Source: Gemmatimonadales bacterium (lineage in GTDB: Bacteria > Gemmatimonadota > Gemmatimonadetes > Gemmatimonadales > GWC2-71-9). Taken from it: a stretch of 64,000 nt of DNA. Below, piece by piece: positions 50,618 to 59,573 of this stretch. The stretch lies in NCBI GenBank assembly GCA_038321865.1, contig JBBQFH010000012.1, forward strand, positions 15,044-79,043, written 5' to 3'. Each line of letters begins with the position of its first letter. Within the stretch, counting starts at the first letter, position 1. The translations under genes and the position numbers were made by a program. Under the pieces are notes generated by a model that saw only the letters and a list, made by a program, of their open reading frames with translations, was not told the DNA's origin and made no database searches.

Positions 50618-51050
50618 TGCCCCGGCTGCGGCCTCGATGCGCCTCGTGGCGCAACCCCTGCGACGCGCGGCCCAGCCGGACAATGCAGGATTCTGCACTT
50701 GGCGCCGCGAGTCAAGATGGCAATCTGATATAACGGCAATCGAACGAGAGTTTGCGCCTACAGTTGGTGGCTTGCGTGCATCAATGCAACGCGCCATCCC
50801 GGCGACCCACAAGCATGAGTCGCGCCAGATTGCGGGTTCACCCGGCCGGGCGCGGTGCCGAGGCCGGGCAACTCCTGCTTTGATGTCGCATGCGCTTCGC
50901 ATTTCGGCAGTTAGGACTGCGGGCCTGCGGTGCTGTGCGGCAGCTCAAGGGGATGGCCGAGGATATCACCGGAAACCAGAATGTGCCAGTCCATTGCGGC
51001 GGGCGCGCCCGGGTGTGGCTCCGGTCCCACATAAAACGTGACCCGCATCA

Positions 51051-51067
51051 CCGGCATGCCTTTCGCT
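51051..51067 (+). promoter_or_regulatory. Putative sigma-54 promoter of the glycosylation operon
   Basis: CCGGCATG-CCTT-TCGCT (GG-N10-GC) about 70 bp upstream of ATG 51137. Confidence 0.45.
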
Positions 51068-51136
51068 TGCTCGGCGCGCGACAACCCGGTACTGTGTGCC
51101 ACCGATTCATTCCCTGCACAAGAGACCTGACGACTC

Positions 51137-52114
51137 ATGACCGCTGCCCCAGCACCCGGCCAGGCGCCCGAGTTGTCACTCGTCGTGCCGCTCTTTAATG
51201 AAGAAGAGAACCTGCCGGAGCTGGGTCGCCGTCTCGCCGACCTGCTCGATCAGTATCCGGGCGAGGCGGTGCTGGTTGACGACGGCAGCCGGGACGCCAC
51301 GGCCACCTTGATGGACGCGCTCGCCGCCGCGGACCCGCGCTTCCGGGCCATCCATCTGTCCCGCAACTTCGGCCATCAGGCAGCCGTCTCGGCCGGCCTG
51401 CGCTACAGCCGCGGCCGGGCGGTGGTCATCATGGACGCCGATCTTCAGGACCCCCCGGAGCTGGTGCCACAGCTGATCGCGCGCTGGCGCGAGGGGTTCG
51501 AGGTAGTGTACGCCCGCCGGTCGAGCCGAGAGCGCGAAGGAGTGGCCAAGCGGCTCTTGGCCTGGACCTATTACCGGCTCCTCAGGCGGCTGGTGGGCCT
51601 CGACCTGCCGGCCGACACCGGCGATTTCTGCCTGATGGACCGGCAGGTGGTGGACCTGCTCAACGCGATGCCGGAGCGGAATCGCTACCTCCGGGGACTC
51701 CGCGCCTGGGTCGGATTCCGGCAGACCGCGGTGGAATTCGTCCGCCCTGCCCGCCACGCCGGCGAGGTGAAATACACCTTCCGCCGGTCGCTCGGACTGG
51801 CGCTCAACGGCATCATCTCGCTTTCCAAGGCCCCCCTCAGGGTCGCGACGTATTTCGGATTCCTGGTCTCGCTCTCGAGTTTTCTGCTGGCGGTGTTCTA
51901 CCTGATTCAGCGGATCCGCGGCCACGAGGCATTCGTGAAGGGCTGGGCCTCCACCGTCATCATCATGTTGTTTCTCGGCGGGGTCCAGCTGCTGACGATC
52001 GGCATCATCGGGGAGTATCTGAGTCGCATCTACGACGAGGTGAAGCGGCGACCGCTGTACGTCGTCCGCCGGGATTCGGCAGGACCGGACAAGGCATCGT
52101 CGCATGACGATTGA
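51137..52114 (+). CDS. GT2 polyprenol-phosphate glycosyltransferase (GtrB/ArnC-like)
   Basis: VVPLFNEE, VDDGSRD, LSRNFGHQ, MDADLQDPP; two C-terminal TMs; GEYLSRIYDEVKRRP. Confidence 0.93.
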   Translation: MTAAPAPGQAPELSLVVPLFNEEENLPELGRRLADLLDQYPGEAVLVDDGSRDATATLMDALAAADPRFRAIHLSRNFGHQAAVSAGLRYSRGRAVVIMDADLQDPPELVPQLIARWREGFEVVYARRSSREREGVAKRLLAWTYYRLLRRLVGLDLPADTGDFCLMDRQVVDLLNAMPERNRYLRGLRAWVGFRQTAVEFVRPARHAGEVKYTFRRSLGLALNGIISLSKAPLRVATYFGFLVSLSSFLLAVFYLIQRIRGHEAFVKGWASTVIIMLFLGGVQLLTIGIIGEYLSRIYDEVKRRPLYVVRRDSAGPDKASSHDD

Positions 52115-53693
52115 GCCGCCGACTTTTCCCGATCGGCACTTCCTGCCCAGCATCCCGGCGACGGTGTTCGTCGGGATTCTCGCCTTCGTGATCTTCGGGT
52201 TTCAGGAACCGCTACTCAACAGCGATGGCGATCTCGCGCGCCATCTCCGCCACGGCGAGTACATGCTCCAGCAGCATGCCCTGATCCGGTTCGACCCGTT
52301 CTCGTTTACCAGGCCCGGGCAGCCGTTCGTCGGATTCGAGTACGGCAGCCAGATTTTGTACACGCTCGTCAATCGTGCGGGCGGCCTCGCGGCCGTGACG
52401 GTCCTGGCAGGCATCCTCATCGCGACGACCTACGCCCTCGTCGCGCGCTACATGCTCCGGCGCGGCGTCGAACCGCTGCTTGCCGCACTGGTGACGGGCG
52501 CAGCCATGATCAGTGGCATGGGACACTGGGCGGCCCGGCCACACCTGGTCACCATGGTCGCGGTGCTGCTGCTGCTGGAGCTGCTCTCTCCACTGGGGAA
52601 GCGCCGCCTGTGGGCGTTTGCGCCGCTCTTCGCCATCTGGGCGAATTTCCACGGTGGCTTCACTTATGGCCTGATCGTGATCGGGATCTTTCTGATTGGC
52701 GCGGGGTGCGAAGCGGTGTTCAGCCGGAGCCGCGCGGCCTGGCAGGATGTCAGGTTCTTTGGCGCCGCGCTGGCCATCTCAGCTGCCTCCACGCTGATTC
52801 AACCGCGTCCGATCGCCGTCTACCGTCATATCCTGGCGATGTTCGGGGACCGCTACATCATCGATCACACCAACGAGTTCCTCTCACCGAATTTCCACGA
52901 TCCCGGGACGAAACTGTTTCTCGTCGTCATGCTCGCGGCGGTGTCGGCCGCCATCGTCAGTCGCCGCCGGCCGTCGTTCACGAGCATCGGCTTCCTCATT
53001 GCGGGCATGTACTTCGCCCTGGTTCACCAGCGGAATGCGACGCTGTTCGGGCTCACGGCATTACCGCTGCTCGCCGTCCAGCTCGATGTCGACTGGCGCG
53101 GGCTTGGATTGTTGCGACGTACCCGTCTCGCCTTCGAGGCAGCCTCCCGCGGCGCGGCGACGTCCATCTGGGTTCTGGCGGCTTGTGCGCTGGCGGCCGT
53201 GCTCTCCATCGCTCACGGACGTATCGGTGGCCGGCAGCTGCTCGAGAATCGATTCAGCGCCAGGGAATTTCCCATGGCGGCCGTGGACCAGGCGCGAGCC
53301 GCCGGGCTGACCGGGCGCATCTTCTCCGATTTTGCATGGGGGGGATATCTGCTGTACGCATGGCCGGAACAGAAGGTCTTCATTGACGGCAACACCGATT
53401 TCTATGGCGGCGCGCTGATGCGGGAGTACGGGGTCATTCACGACAATCTTCCTGGCTGGCACCAGCTGGTTGAGCGTTGGGGATTTTCCATCCTGATCGT
53501 GAGCCCGAAAGCTCCCGTCGCCAGTGAGATCATGCATGACGGCGGGTGGCGCTACTGGTACTGCGATTCGACGGCGGTGGTCCTGGTGCGCACGGACGCG
53601 GTGCCTGCCTCTTCGGCCCCAGCCGTGGCATTCAATCGGGCCAGATGCGCCCCCGTTCCAAAAGCACTTCAGCGCCCGCAAGCCGCCAGCTGA
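52104..53693 (+). CDS. Multi-pass membrane protein, putative GT-C-fold glycosyltransferase
   Basis: Many TMs; acidic motif in loop 1 (SDGDLARH..DPFS..EYG); ARPH; WANFHGGF; C-terminal soluble domain with WGGYL and FIDG. Confidence 0.7.
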   Translation: MTIEPPTFPDRHFLPSIPATVFVGILAFVIFGFQEPLLNSDGDLARHLRHGEYMLQQHALIRFDPFSFTRPGQPFVGFEYGSQILYTLVNRAGGLAAVTVLAGILIATTYALVARYMLRRGVEPLLAALVTGAAMISGMGHWAARPHLVTMVAVLLLLELLSPLGKRRLWAFAPLFAIWANFHGGFTYGLIVIGIFLIGAGCEAVFSRSRAAWQDVRFFGAALAISAASTLIQPRPIAVYRHILAMFGDRYIIDHTNEFLSPNFHDPGTKLFLVVMLAAVSAAIVSRRRPSFTSIGFLIAGMYFALVHQRNATLFGLTALPLLAVQLDVDWRGLGLLRRTRLAFEAASRGAATSIWVLAACALAAVLSIAHGRIGGRQLLENRFSAREFPMAAVDQARAAGLTGRIFSDFAWGGYLLYAWPEQKVFIDGNTDFYGGALMREYGVIHDNLPGWHQLVERWGFSILIVSPKAPVASEIMHDGGWRYWYCDSTAVVLVRTDAVPASSAPAVAFNRARCAPVPKALQRPQAAS

Positions 53694-53694
53694 C

Positions 53695-54429
53695 ATGGAC
53701 GAAAAGCTGTATCAGGCGTTCGCGGAACTCGAGGATCGCCACTGGTGGTTCACGGCGCGCCGAGCCATTATCGGCCGGCTGATCGCCCGGTGGGTTCCCG
53801 CCGGCTCGTCCATCGTCGACGTCGGGTGCGGCACCGGCGGGTTCATCGCCGACCTTCAGTCGCGCTATGACGTACGCGGAGTGGACCCCGCCCCTTCGGC
53901 GCTTGCGGCCTGCCGGCGCCGGGGACTCCGCTCGCTGCATGAGGGCGGAGCAGCGGACGCCGCCAGCTGGGGCGCGCTCCCGGTCGATGCGGTCACTCTG
54001 CTCGACGTGATCGAGCATCTCGATGATGATGTCGCCGCGCTGCGCACCGCGCGCACCGCGCTTCGGCCCGGCGGGCACGTTATCGTGACCGTCCCCGCCT
54101 ACCAATGGCTCTGGTCCGAGCACGACGTCCTGAACCATCACCGCCGGCGATACACCGTGCGGCGGCTCAGATTGGCGCACGCCGCCGCCGGCCTGCGTCC
54201 CCTGCAGATCGGGTACTTCAATGCCTTGCTGTTCCCCTTCGCGGTCCTCCAGCGCGGCCTGGCCGCGCTTCGCCCCGCGACGGATATGCTCTCAATGCCG
54301 GTCGGGCCTCTGAACCGCGCACTCCGATCCGTCTTCGCATCCGAAGGTGCCCTGCTTGCCGGCCTTGGCGGATCATTTCCATTTGGGTTGTCCGCGTTCA
54401 GCGTCTCCGTTGCCGAATGCGGGGCATGA
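53695..54429 (+). CDS. Class I SAM-dependent methyltransferase
   Basis: EDRHWWF, VDVGCGTG, LLDVIEH, TVPAY..LWSEHD..HRRRY. Confidence 0.9.
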   Translation: MDEKLYQAFAELEDRHWWFTARRAIIGRLIARWVPAGSSIVDVGCGTGGFIADLQSRYDVRGVDPAPSALAACRRRGLRSLHEGGAADAASWGALPVDAVTLLDVIEHLDDDVAALRTARTALRPGGHVIVTVPAYQWLWSEHDVLNHHRRRYTVRRLRLAHAAAGLRPLQIGYFNALLFPFAVLQRGLAALRPATDMLSMPVGPLNRALRSVFASEGALLAGLGGSFPFGLSAFSVSVAECGA

Positions 54430-54450
54430 TATGAGGATCAGCTAGCCGGA

Positions 54451-55284
54451 ATGGGACCCGACCTGTTCGAACTCCACGCCCGCGTTGAGGAACGGCACTG
54501 GTGGTTTGCCGGAAGGCGAGCCATCATGCGCCGGCTGGTGGAGCGCGTGGCCGCGCCGCACGGTACGGTCGTCGATGTCGGATGCGGGACCGGGGCAAAT
54601 ATCGCGGCGCTCGCCGGCGCCTACACCGCAATCGGTGTCGACACCTCCGCTGAGGCGATCCGGCACGCCCGCGCCCGATTTCCCGCCACACGCTTCATCG
54701 AGGGCACTGCGGAAAGCGCGCTCGCCGCGATCGACCCGTCGGGAGCCTGCGTCCTCCTCATGGACGTGCTGGAGCACGTCGCGGACGACTTCGCGCTCCT
54801 CGCGTCGATACTCCAGCCGCTTCCGGCCGGAAGCCAGGTGCTGATCACGGTGCCGGCCGACATGCGCCTGTGGAGCGGCCACGACATCGCCTTCCAGCAC
54901 TACCGCCGATACGACGCCGACCGGCTGGCTGCGATCTGGCAGAACCAGCCTGTCCGGGCACGGCTCATATCCCCGTTCTGCTCCACCTTGTACTGGCCCA
55001 TCCGCGCCGTCCGGGCCGCCCGCAACCGCCTGCGTCGCCGTGGGCGCGCCGTGACATCGGATCTGGGCATTCCGCCTCTGGGCGTCAACGGGCCACTTCG
55101 ACGCGTTTTCGCCGCCGAGGCCACACCGCTGGTGCGCGCAGTGGACACCGGCACCGCCCCGTTCCATCGCGGCAGCAGCCTGCTCGCCGTCCTGGAGCGG
55201 CAGGCCGGAACGGTCTGGAAGCAGGGCAAGCCCGCGAGGTATGCCGCTGACCCCCACGATCCATGGCCGGGGCACGCCGCATGA
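54451..55284 (+). CDS. Class I SAM-dependent methyltransferase (paralog of the upstream gene)
   Basis: EERHWWF, VDVGCGTG, LMDVLEH, TVPA..LWSGHD..HYRRY. Confidence 0.9.
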   Translation: MGPDLFELHARVEERHWWFAGRRAIMRRLVERVAAPHGTVVDVGCGTGANIAALAGAYTAIGVDTSAEAIRHARARFPATRFIEGTAESALAAIDPSGACVLLMDVLEHVADDFALLASILQPLPAGSQVLITVPADMRLWSGHDIAFQHYRRYDADRLAAIWQNQPVRARLISPFCSTLYWPIRAVRAARNRLRRRGRAVTSDLGIPPLGVNGPLRRVFAAEATPLVRAVDTGTAPFHRGSSLLAVLERQAGTVWKQGKPARYAADPHDPWPGHAA

Positions 55285-56078
55285 AGGCGGCCCTGCTGCT
55301 CGTAGTGCCCGCATATAACGAGGAACGGCGGCTCGATGCCGCTGCCTTCGTCGCGTTTCTCGCGGCCGCACCGGACGCCGGGTTTGTCTTCGTGGACGAT
55401 GGATCCACCGACGGGACCGGATCGCTCCTGCGCGACCTTGCGTCAACCCATGATCGCGTCACGGTCCTGTCGCTCGGCGCGAATGGCGGAAAGGCCGAAG
55501 CGGTGCGGCAGGGCATGCTTGCCGCGCTTGCGCTGGAGCCGGAATTCGTCGGATACTGGGATGCCGATCTCGCGACGCCGCTCCCGGCATCACTCGAGCT
55601 GCGCGACGAGCTCCGCCGCTGGCCGGCGACCGTCCTGGTGATGGGCTCGCGCGTCCGACTGATGGGACGTCTGATCGACCGCCGATCCGGCCGCCACTAC
55701 CTCGGTCGTATCTTCGCAACGGCGGTGTCGCTGGTGCTGGGGGTTGCGGTCTACGATACGCAGTGCGGCGCCAAGCTGTTTCGCGTTGATCCGGCCCTGA
55801 AGGAGTGCCTTGAGGAGCCGTTCGGCAGCCGCTGGATCTTCGACGTGGAGCTGCTGGCACGCGTACTGGACCGGCTGGGAAGGGACACGCCCGCCGACGC
55901 CCTGGTCCGCGAGTTTCCGCTCGCCCAGTGGGCCGATCGAACCGACTCGAGGCTGTCGCTGATGGACTTCGTGCGGGCGCCGATGGAACTGTGGCGGATC
56001 CATCGCCGTCGCCGTCAGCGCACGATGGCGGCTCGGCCTCCGATCCGCGGCCAGAACATGCCCACTCGCGCCCGGTAA
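55281..56078 (+). CDS. GT2 dolichyl/polyprenyl-phosphate glycosyltransferase (ALG5/DPG-synthase-like)
   Basis: VVPAYNEE, VDDGSTD, GKAEAVR, WDADLATP, DTQCGAKLF, FDVELL. Confidence 0.9.
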   Translation: MKAALLLVVPAYNEERRLDAAAFVAFLAAAPDAGFVFVDDGSTDGTGSLLRDLASTHDRVTVLSLGANGGKAEAVRQGMLAALALEPEFVGYWDADLATPLPASLELRDELRRWPATVLVMGSRVRLMGRLIDRRSGRHYLGRIFATAVSLVLGVAVYDTQCGAKLFRVDPALKECLEEPFGSRWIFDVELLARVLDRLGRDTPADALVREFPLAQWADRTDSRLSLMDFVRAPMELWRIHRRRRQRTMAARPPIRGQNMPTRAR

Positions 56079-56722
56079 CCGGCGTACTCGGGATAGGCCG
56101 CCTCCAATACCTCCTCCTCGAGCCGGATCCGGGCGCGAAGCAGGAAAAACCAGACGATCAGCAGGATGGTGATCGCCGGACGAGGCGTCGAAATCCAGAG
56201 CCCGAGATAGGCGAACAGGTAGGTCGTGTAGATCGGGTGCCGGGCGAAGGCATAGGGGCCCGTCGTCACGAGCACGCGCGCGACCGGCTCGATGCTGAAG
56301 GATTTCCGCAGATACCAGAGCGGCCGGACGGCGAAGATCAGCGACGCGCTCCCGAGAATCCAGCCGGCGCTGCGCAGCACCGGATTCGCGACCGGCGTCG
56401 TCAGCTGAGGCGCCCAGCGGCCCGCCGCGAGCAGGAACGCCGGCATGATGTACGCCGTCCCGTACGCGATCAGCCGGGGCCCGAGGCCCGGCAGCGTTCG
56501 CCGCGCAGGGCCGCGAAGCAAATAGCCGACGGAATAGAGGAACTGCAGCAACAGGATCGGTATCCCGTAGACGTTGACGCCCGATCCTTTCGACGCGCCC
56601 CACACCACCGCCGTCGCATAGACGATGAACCCCACCCAGTCGGACCAGTGATGGCGTCCGGCTCCGCGTCCAGGCAGGCCGAGGGCAGTCGGGTCCTCCA
56701 CGACCACGGGATCACCCGTCAC
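56015..56722 (-). CDS. Isoprenylcysteine carboxyl methyltransferase / PEMT family membrane methyltransferase
   Basis: LVTTGPYAFARHPIY and RIRLEEEVL..YPEYAGY motifs; several TMs. Confidence 0.88.
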   Translation of the reverse strand: MTGDPVVVEDPTALGLPGRGAGRHHWSDWVGFIVYATAVVWGASKGSGVNVYGIPILLLQFLYSVGYLLRGPARRTLPGLGPRLIAYGTAYIMPAFLLAAGRWAPQLTTPVANPVLRSAGWILGSASLIFAVRPLWYLRKSFSIEPVARVLVTTGPYAFARHPIYTTYLFAYLGLWISTPRPAITILLIVWFFLLRARIRLEEEVLEAAYPEYAGYRARVGMFWPRIGGRAAIVR

Positions 56723-58320
56723 GTACACCTCTCCGCGCGTGCGTCCGCCGGTGTCCGGCGATAGACCAGAAATCCAGCCGGCTCCGCATCAAGATGGTAC
56801 TGCCTGAGGCAGGCGGCGAAGCGCGGCTCGGCGCCATAGTAGGCGAGGTGATCGAAGCCTCCGGGGTAGCCGGTAAACCGCTCGTTCTTTGCTCGGGACT
56901 CGACCACCAGGAGATCGGGCGGATGCACGGTGAAGTCCCTCACGACCGACGCGTACGCCGCCGCTTCGGCCTTCGGCCTTTGCGCCGGCTGGCGAATAGT
57001 GACCTGCGGGTTTCCGTTCCACCGCGTGTGATACACTACCGCCGGCACCCAGAGGCAAGACCAGCTGTTCCGGCTGACCAGCCGTGCCTCGCCGATCCAG
57101 GGCAGCGTGCCCGTCATGTCCGACGAGAGCACCAGAATCGACTCGGCTCCGCGCTCGCTGTAGACCGCTTCCTGGAGCGCACGTGCCTCGACTTCCGCCT
57201 GCGCATCGCTGCCCTGCCGGACGTGGCGGAGCTGTCCCGCAACCGAGATCACCAGTGGGACCCAGCTCACAACCAGAATCGCCGCCGCGCCGGAGCGGGA
57301 CAGCGACTGCATTCGAGTCTGGGCTGGGCCCGGCGCCGCAGTCAGCGCCACGGCGCCGAGCAGAACCGAGAAACACACCGCCGGCAGGAAGTGATACGTC
57401 CATCCCTTCCCCTGCCAGACGGCGGCGGCGATGGCTCCGACGGCTGCCAGCGCCAGGAGTGCACCCAGCGCATCACCCGGCCGGCTCTTCCGCACCCGCC
57501 AGGCGACTACCGCGATCACGAACCAGATGATCGCTGCCGTCTCCAGCAGGATGCGCGAGCGCGACATCGTCGTGTACGCCGCGTAGGTGGCCGCGTAAGT
57601 CCGGGCCAGGCTAATAAACCCGGGCGCGAAGAGCAGGACGGAAGCGACGTAGACCACGCCGGTGCCGACGACCGCGATGTCTTCCGGTCGGATCCTGAAG
57701 CGGTCGGTCCGACCCGAGAGCACGCGATGCACCAGGAGCAGGAGCCAGACAATGATGAAGTAGGGCTTCAGCGCGATCGCGATGCCCGCCGCGATGCCGG
57801 TGCCGAGCGCGAGCGGGAGCCCGACCGCCCGCTGTTCCGCACGGACAGCCGCCAGCAGGCCCAGCGGGAGCAGCAGCATCGCGATGAGCTGCTCCCGCTG
57901 GCCGAAGGCACCTCCAGGCAGGATGAGCAGCACGAGCAGCACGAGCGCTGCCGCCCAGCGACGCCCGGGCAGGCGCGTCCCCTCGGCCGTCCGCACGAAC
58001 AGCGCGAACGCCGCCGTCGTTACCCCGAGGGCGACCAGTACGATGGCGGCGCGAAAAACCGTCGAGGCTGCAACGCCGGCCGCACGTGCAATCCAGACGA
58101 TGGGAAGCTGGAGCCAGATGACGAGGGGCGGATTGATCTCCAAAATGTCCCGGTAGAGACGCTGGCCGTTCAGCACTCGCTCGGCAACGTTGAGGATCCA
58201 CTGGGCGTCGGCGTTGAGCGGCAGCCGCATCTGCGCCGCGAAGGCCGCGACGACGATGAGGAGCGAGCAGAGTCCCGGCAGCAGGCCTCGGCGGACCTCG
58301 CGCCGCCCCGGCTCGGTCAG
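56719..58320 (-). CDS. Multi-pass membrane protein, putative GT-C glycosyltransferase (probable CTG start; first ATG at 58230)
   Basis: NADAQW..LYRDILEINPP, FGQREQL, ALKPY, QGKGWTYH; paralog of 61751-63211. Confidence 0.7.
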   Translation of the reverse strand: MTEPGRREVRRGLLPGLCSLLIVVAAFAAQMRLPLNADAQWILNVAERVLNGQRLYRDILEINPPLVIWLQLPIVWIARAAGVAASTVFRAAIVLVALGVTTAAFALFVRTAEGTRLPGRRWAAALVLLVLLILPGGAFGQREQLIAMLLLPLGLLAAVRAEQRAVGLPLALGTGIAAGIAIALKPYFIIVWLLLLVHRVLSGRTDRFRIRPEDIAVVGTGVVYVASVLLFAPGFISLARTYAATYAAYTTMSRSRILLETAAIIWFVIAVVAWRVRKSRPGDALGALLALAAVGAIAAAVWQGKGWTYHFLPAVCFSVLLGAVALTAAPGPAQTRMQSLSRSGAAAILVVSWVPLVISVAGQLRHVRQGSDAQAEVEARALQEAVYSERGAESILVLSSDMTGTLPWIGEARLVSRNSWSCLWVPAVVYHTRWNGNPQVTIRQPAQRPKAEAAAYASVVRDFTVHPPDLLVVESRAKNERFTGYPGGFDHLAYYGAEPRFAACLRQYHLDAEPAGFLVYRRTPADARAERCT

Positions 58321-59474
58321 ACGGCCCCCTGGATCCCGCCCATGCGGTCGCCGGCCCGATCGAGGCCGGTGCGGATCGGAAGCTTCGCGACGAGCAGCCA
58401 GATCAGGCCGCTGGCGAGAATGCTGGCGTAACCGTCAACCGCGTAGTGCCACCCCAGCGCGACCGAGGAGACCAGGATGACGACCGTGAAGGCGCCCAGG
58501 AGAACCGACAGCGGCCGCGAGCGCTTCCACGATAAGAACGCGAGCAGCGAGGGCACGGCGACGTGCATGGACGGAAAGGCGGAGATTCCCCCCGCCGCGA
58601 CGATGGCGTGACTGCTGTACACGTTCCAGAGGTTGCGCTGCACGTCGAACGCGATCAATGGCTCGCCCGATCTCGCGGTCGCCAGGTGTGCGATGAGCCG
58701 CGCATATGTGTCGTGCCCCGTCAACGCCTGATAATAGGCCGGGCCGGCGGAGGAGCCGATCAGCGCGACCAGCGTGCCCAGGAGGATCCACGTGAGCAGG
58801 AACGCCAGCAGCACCCGCGCCTCGCCCAGCCACGCCATCACCACCAGCGCGAGCAGGAGCATCTGGCCCCAGACGAAGAAGTAGATGATGTCGATCGGCA
58901 CCAGCGGCAGCCACGCCAGCAGGCGGTGCGGCGGGCCGCCGTGAATCAGCGCGTCCAGATGTGCGAAGAGTACGTCATGCGCGAACGGATGCACCGCCGG
59001 GATTGCGGACTTCCAGGCCGCGAAGGCGTTGAAGAAGAGCGGCGCGCCGAAGATGACGGCGGTGGCGAAGCGAAGCCGGGCCGAGGTGAATGGTCCACGC
59101 CGGGCCGCCTGCCAGGCGGCCGTCCAGCCCGCCCGGGCACCGACGACACGCCCCCCGCGCGCGGCGCGAACGGTCAGCCGATGGTAGACCAGAACTGCCG
59201 CGACGCCGAGTGGCGCCATGTAGAGAAGCACCTGCCAGAGCCGGGGCTCGAGCAGGCGCTCGACGTAGGAGCCGTCGCCCAGCCAGGCATACACCACCGC
59301 GCCGGCCACGAGGTAGAACCCGAGGAGCCAGGCCGTGACCCCTTCCACCGTGAAGCGTGCCGCGCCGGCGTGTGTCTGCACCACCGCGTGGCGGCGATCC
59401 CGCACCACGCTGCGGTCCAACGCGTCAGGTCCCTCCGACTCTGGCCCCGCCAGGTGCGCCACGGGAATCGACAT
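58317..59474 (-). CDS. PAP2-superfamily membrane protein (PAP2_3 / Aur1 IPC-synthase-like)
   Basis: SSAGP, ISAFPSMHV and GWHYAVDG catalytic motifs; multi-TM; start uncertain. Confidence 0.85.
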   Translation of the reverse strand: MSIPVAHLAGPESEGPDALDRSVVRDRRHAVVQTHAGAARFTVEGVTAWLLGFYLVAGAVVYAWLGDGSYVERLLEPRLWQVLLYMAPLGVAAVLVYHRLTVRAARGGRVVGARAGWTAAWQAARRGPFTSARLRFATAVIFGAPLFFNAFAAWKSAIPAVHPFAHDVLFAHLDALIHGGPPHRLLAWLPLVPIDIIYFFVWGQMLLLALVVMAWLGEARVLLAFLLTWILLGTLVALIGSSAGPAYYQALTGHDTYARLIAHLATARSGEPLIAFDVQRNLWNVYSSHAIVAAGGISAFPSMHVAVPSLLAFLSWKRSRPLSVLLGAFTVVILVSSVALGWHYAVDGYASILASGLIWLLVAKLPIRTGLDRAGDRMGGIQGAV

Positions 59475-59573
59475 GTCTCGAGCGGCCTCGAATCGAATGC
59501 GGTTTGGTTTGGGTGGGTCCCCGGCTGACCGCCGGCCGGGGAAACCGTTGCAAAAACGGCGCCGCACCCCGGG

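Noticed and set aside
50555..51136. Riboswitch (e.g. c-di-GMP) or small ORFs in the flp-GT2 spacer
   Set aside because: No recognisable riboswitch consensus, and the short ORFs lack RBS or coding character; an Rfam/Infernal scan is needed to exclude this fully
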